IMG/VR virus record: IMGVR_UViG_3300003877_000001
Location: 261,855-325,854 of that record
Length of the DNA: 64,000 nt
Direction: 5' to 3' (one strand)
Shown: in pieces, positions 1 to 9,318 of the stretch
Layout of the letters: every line of letters starts with the position of its first letter
Numbering within the stretch: position 1 is the first letter of the stretch
Notes under the pieces: generated by a model
Databases searched by the model: none
Seen by the model: only the letters and a program-made list of their open reading frames with translations
What the model was told of the DNA's origin: nothing
Translations under genes and position numbers: made by a program

Positions 1-197
1 TCTTTATTCTTATCACTTAAAACAGTAACTTGATCTGAAAGCCAACCATTATCTCCACCAGATGATAACTCATTAATTTTATCAGCTACCTTAGTAACAT
101 TCTTAATATCAACTTTTACACTGCCACCGAATAGTTCATTAACTCTTTCTTTTGCAGCATCTCTTCTTTGTACTTCTTCTTTTGTAGGTCTTGCCAT
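1..197 (-). CDS. hypothetical protein, partial (runs off window start)
   Basis: ATG at 197 (MARPTKEEVQRRDAAKERVNE...), open to the window edge; GTATTTATA motif upstream at 230-238. Confidence 0.7.
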   Translation of the reverse strand, partial: MARPTKEEVQRRDAAKERVNELFGGSVKVDIKNVTKVADKINELSSGGDNGWLSDQVTVLSDKNK

Positions 198-259
198 AAT
201 ATAAATTTTTATTGTTTTCTATAATTTATTATAAATACGTCAACTTTAGAAAAAATCAC

Positions 260-289
260 AAAAAAAAAGGAAATTATTTCTAATTTCCT
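260..289 (-). terminator. intrinsic terminator
   Basis: AGGAAATTA/TAATTTCCT stem then a T-run on the minus strand, just after the 313..1827 stop. Confidence 0.7.
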
Positions 290-312
290 AATTAATCAAC
301 AGTTGGAAGATT

Positions 313-1827
313 TTAATGTTCTCTATCGAAATCTGTAAAATTGAAATTAAGATGTCCAATCATACCAGACTTATCATTCCATATGAATGCTTCACCTGCT
401 TTTTGACTACCAATATATCCTTTCTTATAGTGCCATTCTTCTGTTCCAGACAATGAAGATAAATATCTTACCGTAACACCCAATTCTTCATTAAGCAATT
501 GTGCTTTATCTAATACAGTAAATTTAAGATTACGTTTCTTATGAAAATGACCTAAATGCCATTCATGATAATTAGTTCTACCCCACATTTCTTTTTCTTC
601 AACAGCCATTAACATTGGAAGTGAATTTTCCTTTTCTTCATTACCATGTGTAAATGCTAACATAACTTGACCCCACTCATAATACTTTCTAACTTTAGCA
701 CTATTATTTACGTGTACTTGTGGATCGTTTCTAAACCAAGCATCAATTACAGAACCCATATATTTCATACGTTCTTGATCATGATTACCAGAAATTACAG
801 GAATTTCAATTGGTACACCAGTTGCTTTAAGAAGTATAATTGCATCAACTAATAATTCAATAGCAACATCCCATGTTTTTTGCCAACGCAAATCTTCATC
901 TTGTGGTGTTCCTTTTGTTGTTGTATTAAATTGATTATCTGAATTAAAGAAATCATTTCCGATTGGAAACATGATTTTATTGAATGTAAATCCGTTTGCT
1001 CGTTTGAGCAATGTTGTAATAGCATCTAAAAATCTTGCTCTTGCTATTTTTGTATCATAATTCTCACCAACTTCACCTGCCCATCCTAATTTACCAATAT
1101 GTAAATCAAATAAAGATACTTCTAATAGGTTATTTTCAATATTTTTATTACTACCATATACATTTTTACCGAGAATTTCATTATTGATTGCTGGTGGTGA
1201 ATAATTTTTCGCTAATTTTTCAAATATTTCAGCAAAATTTTGTGCAGCTACAACTTCTTTTTTTCTAGATAGTGTTGCTTTAACTTGAAAATTTTCCCAA
1301 GTTGTTGGGTAACCTGCTTTAAATGAGGTAACATCCCATTTATTTACTATATGTCTTTCAACATTCCATTCATTTAAATCAACTTCTGCTCTTTCTAAAA
1401 GGTCTTCTAATGTTTTAATATGATTAGGTGGATATCCAAAATGATTTAAATTATCATCATCACCTTCAGTATCATCTAAATTAAGATCAAGATTTATTGG
1501 TATTCCATTTTTCCAAATTACAGTTGCGGTGTCACCCATTTCACTGAATTCAATCTTTTCTTCTGTAATTGGTTCGTCAAAATCAATATCTGGAAGTGTC
1601 TTATCCATTTTTTTTATGTTTTCATACTTTTCATATGTATCCATAAAAATATTATAATCATCATCTTCTAATGTTCCATTTTCATATGCAACATTTACTG
1701 CTCTTTTAACATTCTTTACATAGGTATTAGCATACCCACATTTAACAGATGCCTCTCTAACTGATATATCATGTTTAATAGCATATTCAATTACTTCAAT
1801 AGCATTTAAAATTCTTTCTTTTGTCAT
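313..1827 (-). CDS. calcineurin-like metallophosphoesterase with N-terminal HTH-like region
   Basis: Motifs DLHIG, GND, GNHD, FTHG, GHFH. Confidence 0.85.
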   Translation of the reverse strand: MTKERILNAIEVIEYAIKHDISVREASVKCGYANTYVKNVKRAVNVAYENGTLEDDDYNIFMDTYEKYENIKKMDKTLPDIDFDEPITEEKIEFSEMGDTATVIWKNGIPINLDLNLDDTEGDDDNLNHFGYPPNHIKTLEDLLERAEVDLNEWNVERHIVNKWDVTSFKAGYPTTWENFQVKATLSRKKEVVAAQNFAEIFEKLAKNYSPPAINNEILGKNVYGSNKNIENNLLEVSLFDLHIGKLGWAGEVGENYDTKIARARFLDAITTLLKRANGFTFNKIMFPIGNDFFNSDNQFNTTTKGTPQDEDLRWQKTWDVAIELLVDAIILLKATGVPIEIPVISGNHDQERMKYMGSVIDAWFRNDPQVHVNNSAKVRKYYEWGQVMLAFTHGNEEKENSLPMLMAVEEKEMWGRTNYHEWHLGHFHKKRNLKFTVLDKAQLLNEELGVTVRYLSSLSGTEEWHYKKGYIGSQKAGEAFIWNDKSGMIGHLNFNFTDFDREH

Positions 1828-1859
1828 AAATTTATGTGTTTTATATGTGTTATTTCTTG

Positions 1860-1891
1860 CAAATATATAATAATTTAATTAATAATGTCAA
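1860..1891 (-). promoter_or_regulatory. Bacteroidota primary-sigma-type promoter
   Basis: Minus strand TTGACA-18 nt-TATATTTG (TAnnTTTG -7 element), ~32 nt upstream of ATG 1827. Confidence 0.65.
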
Positions 1892-1894
1892 GTT

Positions 1895-2203
1895 TTATAT
1901 GAAATAGTTTCCCTCTTTCTTTAAAAAAAGGATGTTCTCTTCTATTTTAGTGCACTCAGCTATAAATACTACTTCTTCACTTAATGATAAATTAAACCAT
2001 TCCCCATGTGCACGTAAATGTCCATATCTATTATGCATAGCTGTTTCTACTTTTCTAGCGAATTCAGATTTGAATTCGTGAATGAGTTGTATTTCTTCAC
2101 CAGAACCTGTTTGAAGTTGTTTAATACGTTTTTTTGGATTTTTAGATATTCCTATTTTATATTTAGATGTTTCTAAATTTTGAATTAAATATACATATGA
2201 CAT
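1895..2203 (-). CDS. GIY-YIG family nuclease (T5orf172/MUG113-like)
   Basis: YVYLI..YKIGISKNPKKRIKQLQTG...E..MH...GEWF. Confidence 0.85.
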   Translation of the reverse strand: MSYVYLIQNLETSKYKIGISKNPKKRIKQLQTGSGEEIQLIHEFKSEFARKVETAMHNRYGHLRAHGEWFNLSLSEEVVFIAECTKIEENILFLKKEGNYFI

Positions 2204-2367
2204 TAATATTGCTTGTATTCAGCATAACCTTCAGATACTAACCATTCATTAATATTTGCTAGTCTTATTTTTTGTTTACGAAATGCCACACCAAATCCTA
2301 AATCCATATCAACAGTAATGGTATCACCATCATAAACTCCCGTTACTAATGCTTCGTATGTATACAT
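2203..2367 (-). pseudogene. internally deleted thermonuclease (SNase-like)
   Basis: YEALVTGVYDGDTITVDMDLGF...KIRLANIN joined directly to the C-terminal helix INEWLVSEGYA; central catalytic part missing; likely start ATG 2367. Confidence 0.7.
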
Positions 2368-2369
2368 AA

Positions 2370-2984
2370 TTATAAAATACTCATTACTTTTAATCCAGAA
2401 TACCCTACACAATATGCATCACTCATATCATATGAACTATCTCTTATTGTATTATTTCTAGTATAAAACCATTCAATATGTGGTTCTAATTTAGCAACCT
2501 TGCTTCTAATATATTCTTTCTTTTCTTTATTTTTCCAACCTTTAGGAAATGATAATGTTTCTTTTATTTCACCAGTTCTTTTTTTAGTTGTTTTAATAAA
2601 TTCAGGACAGAATATTTTTCTTGAGTCATGAACACTTATTTTTTTAGGTATAACATCAAAAATTTCATATATTTTATATGATGCAATCCCATTAAATCCT
2701 AATAGCATTGCAGTTGTATTGATATTTTTTGGGGTGTTTGATAAAGGTGCTTCAATAAATATATTACTAACAACACATTTATACTCGTTTTCAACTCTAT
2801 ATTTAAATGAAATTAAATAGTCTCTAAATAAATTTGTTTTATAAACATATCTATCTTCAACAGGGATATTTTTATCTATCTTTAATTCAAGATGTTTTAA
2901 TTCTTCTAATTTTCCATTTTCATCCCATAATGCAACACCAACATTGGTTGTTGATACATCTAAAGATAGTGAGTAGTTTTTCAT
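2370..2984 (-). CDS. ruvC: RuvC-like Holliday junction resolvase
   Basis: LSLDVSTTNVGVAL, IFIEAP, DMSDAY acidic tetrad pattern. Confidence 0.8.
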   Translation of the reverse strand: MKNYSLSLDVSTTNVGVALWDENGKLEELKHLELKIDKNIPVEDRYVYKTNLFRDYLISFKYRVENEYKCVVSNIFIEAPLSNTPKNINTTAMLLGFNGIASYKIYEIFDVIPKKISVHDSRKIFCPEFIKTTKKRTGEIKETLSFPKGWKNKEKKEYIRSKVAKLEPHIEWFYTRNNTIRDSSYDMSDAYCVGYSGLKVMSIL

Positions 2985-3181
2985 TAAGCGTTATCTTTAA
3001 CTTCATCAATTAATTTTTGTAATCTTTTGGGATCATGAAGATATAATCTTATTAAATCTTCGATAACACCACCAATCTTCAAACTCTTTCCTTTGCAAAA
3101 TAGTTTGAATTCGCCATGAACATCACCATTGATGATCACAGATTTAGATTTTGTATTTGTCATAGTAAGTACATTTTCCAT
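2984..3181 (-). CDS. small DNA-binding protein (ribbon-helix-helix-like)
   Basis: KSVIINGDVHGEFKLFCK...IGGVIEDLIRLY strand-helix-helix pattern; GTATTTATA at 3199-3207. Confidence 0.5.
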   Translation of the reverse strand: MENVLTMTNTKSKSVIINGDVHGEFKLFCKGKSLKIGGVIEDLIRLYLHDPKRLQKLIDEVKDNA

Positions 3182-3252
3182 TATTATTATATTTTAGTTA
3201 TAAATACTGTGTTTTATAAAAAATTATAAAAAAAGGTTGTATTTGTGAAATT

Positions 3253-3795
3253 TTATTTGTATAAGGATTTGAATATTCTATAATATGTGCTTTCTTCTCT
3301 TTCCATTGCATCAATTTCTTGTGGTCTATCATCATGTTCAATGATATTATTATTAATAGTATCACCTTTATAAATATAAATCCCACTATAAAAATTAAGT
3401 TGTCTTAAATCACCCGATTCAAATTGATCAAGATGTACTAACTCATGTCCTAATACAATACCTAATTTATGACCTGCTAAGTATCTTGATATGAAAATAG
3501 CATAATGATGTTTAAAAAAGAAATCTTCAACAATAAATGCTCCATATTTTTCAGCATATACATCATCCATATATTCAAATTTTATTGAAACACTATCAAT
3601 ACATAGGACATCACTTAACATTAATTTTACTGGTGGTTCTAAATTATATTGTGTATTGTTTATAATAGTAATTGATTCAGAAGAATAATCTGTAACATCT
3701 TTTTTTATTATTGAATTATTAATTGAAATAAGGAAGCTAATAAGTATTATTGCACCTATGGATAATAATGTTTTTATCTTATCTCTTACTTTCAT
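3253..3795 (-). CDS. membrane-anchored zincin-like metallopeptidase
   Basis: N-terminal hydrophobic helix; GHELVH (HExxH) and downstream PQEIDA. Confidence 0.65.
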   Translation of the reverse strand: MKVRDKIKTLLSIGAIILISFLISINNSIIKKDVTDYSSESITIINNTQYNLEPPVKLMLSDVLCIDSVSIKFEYMDDVYAEKYGAFIVEDFFFKHHYAIFISRYLAGHKLGIVLGHELVHLDQFESGDLRQLNFYSGIYIYKGDTINNNIIEHDDRPQEIDAMEREESTYYRIFKSLYK

Positions 3796-3798
3796 TCA

Positions 3799-4542
3799 TT
3801 AGAAATCTAATTGAAATGCAATTGTACGTGCAATTGTGGGATCTTTTTTTATTGGGTTATTTAATTTACCAATTGCAACTAGGTTATTATTATCATCATA
3901 TATCCCAACTTCACTAATTGCAACCGATCCCATACCATCCCATGTTGGGTTTGTTGTTGAGTTAAATTCGTTAAGTGGTAATTGTATTGAGATATCTGTA
4001 GTATATACTGTTGCTCTAATATCTGTTCTAATAGTACCAAAGAAAAAAGCTTCTTCTCCATAACCCATTTCATCTTCAGAAGAAACTGAAGATGGATATG
4101 ATAAATAATCTAAACTATATTCATTTGGGGATGTTAAATCAGTGAAATTAACAATAAAATTAGTATTAAGTAAATTTGATTTTGTAATACTATCACCAAT
4201 TGTTTGACCAGAAATTTGATTTGTTACATCAACTTTAAACCATCCACCAGCATCTGGCGTTATTGTTAATCCAGAATCAGAAATACCATCAACAACTTGT
4301 GCTAAAATATTAAGTCTTGTTGCAGTAAAACCAGTACCATTACTACTAGTACTATCGGCTAAAAAAAATAATTCTTCTTCATTTAAAAAAAATGTATTTA
4401 TTGACTTACCTGCAATAATATCTGTTTCCAATTTTTGTATATATGTACAATGTGTAGATCCAGATATACCATATACATTAGATGCATTTGCTGGTGCTCC
4501 TTCAAATTGATATGTTATAAATACTGTTTTTCCTGTTGCCAT
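3799..4542 (-). CDS. baseplate/tail-collar-like structural protein
   Basis: C-terminal NPTW...ISEVGIYDDNNNLVAIGKLNNPIKK; start moved to MATGK (4542), 15 nt below GTATTTATA at 4558-4566. Confidence 0.6.
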   Translation of the reverse strand: MATGKTVFITYQFEGAPANASNVYGISGSTHCTYIQKLETDIIAGKSINTFFLNEEELFFLADSTSSNGTGFTATRLNILAQVVDGISDSGLTITPDAGGWFKVDVTNQISGQTIGDSITKSNLLNTNFIVNFTDLTSPNEYSLDYLSYPSSVSSEDEMGYGEEAFFFGTIRTDIRATVYTTDISIQLPLNEFNSTTNPTWDGMGSVAISEVGIYDDNNNLVAIGKLNNPIKKDPTIARTIAFQLDF

Positions 4543-4549
4543 GATTTTA

Positions 4550-5845
4550 TTATTGATTATAAATACTCCCATCTGTATTTAGTAAAATTATTCTATTTTC
4601 ATCACTACCATTATAATCAGTAAATTGACCACTAATTAAATATTTATTATCGCTTGTTTCAATTAATGATTTAGGTGCATCATTAAACCCACTACCAATG
4701 TTGAATGAATTATCAACACTTCCATCTGTGTTTAATCTTATAATTCTATTTTTTGCATTTCCATTATAATTAGTAAATTGACCACCAATTAAATATTTAT
4801 TATCGCTTGTTTCAATTAATTCCCAAACAAAAGAGTCAAACCCACTACCAATGTTGAATGAATTATCAACACTTCCATCTGTATTTAATCTTACAATTCT
4901 ATTTTTTGCATTTCCATTATAATCAGTAAATTGACCACCAATTAAATATTTATTATCGCTTGTTTCAATTATTGATAAGACAGTACCATCAAACCCACTA
5001 CCAATATTGAATGAATTATCAACACTTCCATCTGTATTTAATCTTACAATTCTATATTTTACATTTCCATTATAATCAGTAAATTGACCACCAATTAAAT
5101 ATTTATTATCGCTTGTTTCAATTAATTTCCAAACAGAAGTATTGAACCCACTACCAATGTTGAATGAATTATCAACACTTCCATCTGTGTTTAATCTTAT
5201 AATTCTATTTTTTACATTTCCATTATAATTAGTAAATTGACCACCAATTAAATATTTATTATCGCTTGTTTCAATTATACTTGAAAGACTAAAATCAAAC
5301 CCACTACCAATGTTGAATGAATTATCAACACTTCCATCTGTGTTTAATCTTATAATTCTATTTTTTGCATTTCCATTATAATTTATAAAAACACCACCAA
5401 TTAAATATTTATTATTGCTTGTTTCAATTAATGATTTAGGTGCATCATTAAACCCACTACCAATGTTGAATGAATTATCAACACTTCCATCTGTGTTTAA
5501 TCTTACAATTCTATTTTTTGCATTTCCATTATAGTAAATGAAAGGACCTATTGAAAGATATTTATTATCACTTGTTTCAATAATATTATCAACATCAGTT
5601 GAAAAACCACTTCCAAAATTTGGTGGTGGTGTTAGTGTTGTGGTTAGATTTTTAGTTCCTGTTTTTACCCCACTAGCAGTATCGTATATTGTTACACTAT
5701 ATTCACCAATATTAGATAAATTAGTAAACGAATAAATACCTTCCATATCATGTACTTGATTATCAATAACAGCACCATTCAATGCAAGTTCAACACCAAA
5801 TGGTGGGTATGAACCTATTATTTTATATGTTATTGTTTGTGCCAT
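4550..5845 (-). CDS. beta-propeller repeat protein (delta-60/DUF5122-like)
   Basis: Seven 51-aa repeats GSGFxxxxxxxIETSDNKYLIGGxFxxYNGxxKNRIxRLNTDGSVDNSFNI. Confidence 0.8.
   Translation of the reverse strand: MAQTITYKIIGSYPPFGVELALNGAVIDNQVHDMEGIYSFTNLSNIGEYSVTIYDTASGVKTGTKNLTTTLTPPPNFGSGFSTDVDNIIETSDNKYLSIGPFIYYNGNAKNRIVRLNTDGSVDNSFNIGSGFNDAPKSLIETSNNKYLIGGVFINYNGNAKNRIIRLNTDGSVDNSFNIGSGFDFSLSSIIETSDNKYLIGGQFTNYNGNVKNRIIRLNTDGSVDNSFNIGSGFNTSVWKLIETSDNKYLIGGQFTDYNGNVKYRIVRLNTDGSVDNSFNIGSGFDGTVLSIIETSDNKYLIGGQFTDYNGNAKNRIVRLNTDGSVDNSFNIGSGFDSFVWELIETSDNKYLIGGQFTNYNGNAKNRIIRLNTDGSVDNSFNIGSGFNDAPKSLIETSDNKYLISGQFTDYNGSDENRIILLNTDGSIYNQ
4553..5615. repeat. 153-bp coding tandem repeat x7
   Basis: CCCACTACCA anchors at 4688, 4841, 4994, 5147, 5300, 5453 (degenerate copy ~5606). 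Confidence 0.9.
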
Positions 5846-5856
5846 AATATTTCATT

Positions 5857-6909
5857 TTAACATGGTGCTGATTGTTGACCTTGATTTATATAAAAACTAA
5901 AACTATCAACTTGATTACCATTATAATGTAATAATAAGGTAATTAATGCTTTAGATTGACTACTACCATTACCATTAATAAATTTAAATGAATTATTATT
6001 AAATAGACATCCATATCCACCATCAAAATTAACAGTATCATTATTAGATGCTAATGAATTTTGTCCAACACCTAAAATTATATATTCACCATCAACAAAA
6101 AACCCACCAGTATTATATTCTACACCAATTTGATTATCTAATGTTGTTGCAACTTCTATATAAAATTGTGCAGGGAAAGAACCATTTACACCACTATTAC
6201 CTTTTACATCTACACTAATTTCTACCCCAGAAGGGAATGGGTCGTTAAAACCACCTGTAAGACCACCAATACTACCAGATTGATTTGTAAAATCCATATT
6301 AAATTCAATTGGATCTTGTGTTATTGTTATACTGCCTTGAGCAGTACAACCCTCAACAATTCCATTAGGTGTAATACCTTCAATAAGAATACTATATGTT
6401 GTTGGTTGAGACCCTACAAGTGCAGGTTTTGTGTAAGAACCATCACCAGATCCTATTGTTGGTAATCCAATAGGGTTACCTAATTGATTATATAATGTAT
6501 ATGTAAAATCTTCACCCTGTGTACCAATTACATCGAACACCAAATAAGGAGGTATATGTGATAAATTAAGCATTTGAAACCCTAAACAAGGATCAATTGT
6601 TGTGGTGGTGGTAGTAGTTGTGGTTGTTGTGGTTGTTGTGGGTGCTAACGTTGTTGTAGTTGTAGTGGTTGTGGGTACTAATGTAGTTGTTGTTGTAATA
6701 CTATTACCAATAAAACTATTACTATAAAATCCCATTCCTGTATCATAAATCTCTAATTCATATATTAATTCATCAGGAACAATAAATGAACCACCATCAC
6801 CAGAATTAGATAATAAATTACTATCAATAACATCCCCATTGTTATCTTTTACTAAAACCATAAAAGGAGTAAAAGTACCATCAACAATATATTCTACAAG
6901 TTTCCCCAT
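5857..6909 (-). CDS. putative structural protein with mucin-like poly-Thr linker
   Basis: ITTTTTLVPTTTTTTTTLAPTTTTTTTTTTTTTTIDP; tail gene context. Confidence 0.6.
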   Translation of the reverse strand: MGKLVEYIVDGTFTPFMVLVKDNNGDVIDSNLLSNSGDGGSFIVPDELIYELEIYDTGMGFYSNSFIGNSITTTTTLVPTTTTTTTTLAPTTTTTTTTTTTTTTIDPCLGFQMLNLSHIPPYLVFDVIGTQGEDFTYTLYNQLGNPIGLPTIGSGDGSYTKPALVGSQPTTYSILIEGITPNGIVEGCTAQGSITITQDPIEFNMDFTNQSGSIGGLTGGFNDPFPSGVEISVDVKGNSGVNGSFPAQFYIEVATTLDNQIGVEYNTGGFFVDGEYIILGVGQNSLASNNDTVNFDGGYGCLFNNNSFKFINGNGSSQSKALITLLLHYNGNQVDSFSFYINQGQQSAPC

Positions 6910-6920
6910 TTAAATTTAAA

Positions 6921-8252
6921 TTATGGTAATATCATTATTTCAAGATCACTATCAGGACAAGATGATGCATTGAACCCTGTATTAATTGGTGGTAGTGTCC
7001 AACTTCTATTTGATTTATATGACATTGCCTGAAGTAATTCTTGATCTTCAATTATGAATACTTTTAAATCATTAAATACTTTACCAACAACATTATCATA
7101 TTGATCAACTAAATTAGCATATGATGTATTTAATTCAGGTAACTGACCTAGACTAGTAAAATCACCACTAAGTGTTATCCCAATCGTACCACTAGTGTTT
7201 TTATGCCACATAATTGTTGGTAGATCAATAGTTGGTGTTGTTGTATTTGTTAAAACAAACCCTTCACCATAATTATTTGAGGGTGAATTATTACTATAAT
7301 GTATTAATCCAATATTTTTAACTTTTGGGCTTATTTTTTCTAGATATTGTATTAATCCACCAAAAGCAACGCTTGGATTCGCACTAATATTTCTCATTGG
7401 TGGTATAATATTACCACCAGTACCAATAACATCTTCAGTATATACAATTGACATATTCCAAACTGGTACATCAATTGTTGGTATATCATAATTTTCAATG
7501 AATGCAAGCATTGATTCAGATACAAAATCAGTTACAAAGGGCGATCCATAATAGTTTTGAATTGAGTCACCTGAAAAATGTCTACCATTATTATTTGGAT
7601 ATATTAATGCACCACTATCAAAACCAACGATTCCATTAAAATCAGGAATATTACGATCAACCGTAACTTGTAAATTATTATTGGTTAATGAACCTGTGAT
7701 TGCTATTATTTTATACCATAAATATGGTATTGCTTTATCAACATCAAACCCAACAGTATGACCAACAACCTGATTTGCCCATCTAACAACCACATAATCA
7801 CCAATTTCTGGTTCTGTTAAATTTGATGATGTTGCTGCCAATTTTAAAATATTCCCACCATCAACATTAGCACCAACAATTTTACAATTAGGTTGTTTTA
7901 CATGAACAACATCATTAAAAATAGTTTTTGTTCCACCAGTAACATTAAACATACCCTTTTGCTGTATTGTATTTGTAATAATAGAAGTATTAGATACTAC
8001 CGTTGGTAGATTAACTAAAGAATCTCCACTCACTACTTGAGTTATAAAACTAACAATTTCAGGATTTTTATCAACAGGTTTAAATATTGCAACATTAAAA
8101 GGGTCTAATGATACTTCATTATTATATTCATAATCTATTTCACTATCACCAATAGCAAATTTTTTAAATCTAAGTTCACCTCTAGATAATAGTTCTCTAC
8201 CTTTATCTGTTAATTTTATTTGTAATACTGTTTGATCTACTGAAAATGCCAT
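6921..8252 (-). CDS. putative baseplate/tail structural protein
   Basis: IKLTDKGRELLSRGELRFKKFAIGDSEIDY N-terminus resembles large-phage baseplate proteins; promoter motif 8268-8276. Confidence 0.55.
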   Translation of the reverse strand: MAFSVDQTVLQIKLTDKGRELLSRGELRFKKFAIGDSEIDYEYNNEVSLDPFNVAIFKPVDKNPEIVSFITQVVSGDSLVNLPTVVSNTSIITNTIQQKGMFNVTGGTKTIFNDVVHVKQPNCKIVGANVDGGNILKLAATSSNLTEPEIGDYVVVRWANQVVGHTVGFDVDKAIPYLWYKIIAITGSLTNNNLQVTVDRNIPDFNGIVGFDSGALIYPNNNGRHFSGDSIQNYYGSPFVTDFVSESMLAFIENYDIPTIDVPVWNMSIVYTEDVIGTGGNIIPPMRNISANPSVAFGGLIQYLEKISPKVKNIGLIHYSNNSPSNNYGEGFVLTNTTTPTIDLPTIMWHKNTSGTIGITLSGDFTSLGQLPELNTSYANLVDQYDNVVGKVFNDLKVFIIEDQELLQAMSYKSNRSWTLPPINTGFNASSCPDSDLEIMILP

Positions 8253-8277
8253 TTAAATAATCTTTAATATAAATACA

Positions 8278-9315
8278 TTATAATTTTTTTATTAATTCAT
8301 TGAAATTCCTTTTAGTATTTTGAATTTCTTCAACATATTTTATTGAACCACGTTCCTTATTAACATATGAAAAATCTTCATTAAATGGATGATTTTTAAC
8401 ATATTGTGTTTTATTAAATAAATATTTTTGATCAAACACACCTGCATTATGAAATATGTTTGTTTTATAATATTCACTTAAATTCCCCGTTGCCCATGAA
8501 AAATCCATATCATTATGTATTACTGTTATATGTCCTAATTTCCATGCATTCCATATTACTGCCCACATATCCGCTGTCCATGATTGTATTGGGTGTTTTG
8601 GATTAAATTTATGTATAGTACTTGTCATTAATTCATATAGGTTCTCAGAATCACTTTCAACATTTTCCCAAAATTCAGCATCAGCATTTTTCATTATATA
8701 TTGTGCACCACCAGCATTACCATCCATATTTACAACTAATTCTGGATCAATATTCACAGTTTTACACATTAAATTAAATAATTCAGTACTTTTACTTTTA
8801 ATATATGTTGAATTTAAATATGATTTCGTATTACTAACAAACCAATCAGGAGTTAAATAGATATAATCATCATATGTTGGTTTTTCTCTAAATAGTACAT
8901 CTGGGTCTAAATAATAAAACATTCTAGACTCGTCTGGAAATTTAATAAAATGTTTTTTTAATATATGTGGTCTAATAGATGAGGAATACCTAGATTTTTC
9001 TCTTTCGTCTTTATATGTGAAAATTTTAACACCAGTTTCTTTTTGAATGTAATTTAACTTTGGACTTCTTCTATTTTTTATAGAAATCACATAACTTAAA
9101 TCATCTAAAATTCCTAGTCTTTTAAAATTATTAATTTGAACCAACATTTGCCATCTAAAATATGGGGTATCTGAAGTTGCCACAACATATTTCATATTAC
9201 ATATTTTATTTGTTGAATAATTATATTGTGTTAGTGTTGATTTAACATCAACACTATATTCTTCAATATATTCAGGTGGTATTGTTGTTAGTTTTTTAGT
9301 TAAAAAAAATGACAT
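8278..9315 (-). CDS. GT-A glycosyltransferase resembling protein O-glycosyltransferases (HPAT/SGT, GT95/GT96-like)
   Basis: YFRWQ, YLDPDVLF (DxD), GGAQY, WTADMWA, IFHNAG; alternative start MKYVV at 9195. Confidence 0.6.
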   Translation of the reverse strand: MSFFLTKKLTTIPPEYIEEYSVDVKSTLTQYNYSTNKICNMKYVVATSDTPYFRWQMLVQINNFKRLGILDDLSYVISIKNRRSPKLNYIQKETGVKIFTYKDEREKSRYSSSIRPHILKKHFIKFPDESRMFYYLDPDVLFREKPTYDDYIYLTPDWFVSNTKSYLNSTYIKSKSTELFNLMCKTVNIDPELVVNMDGNAGGAQYIMKNADAEFWENVESDSENLYELMTSTIHKFNPKHPIQSWTADMWAVIWNAWKLGHITVIHNDMDFSWATGNLSEYYKTNIFHNAGVFDQKYLFNKTQYVKNHPFNEDFSYVNKERGSIKYVEEIQNTKRNFNELIKKL

Positions 9316-9318
9316 AAT

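Noticed and set aside
4553-5615. Repeat with variable windows as a CRISPR-like array or DGR target
   Set aside because: In-frame protein repeat; variation is not adenine-specific and no reverse transcriptase is present
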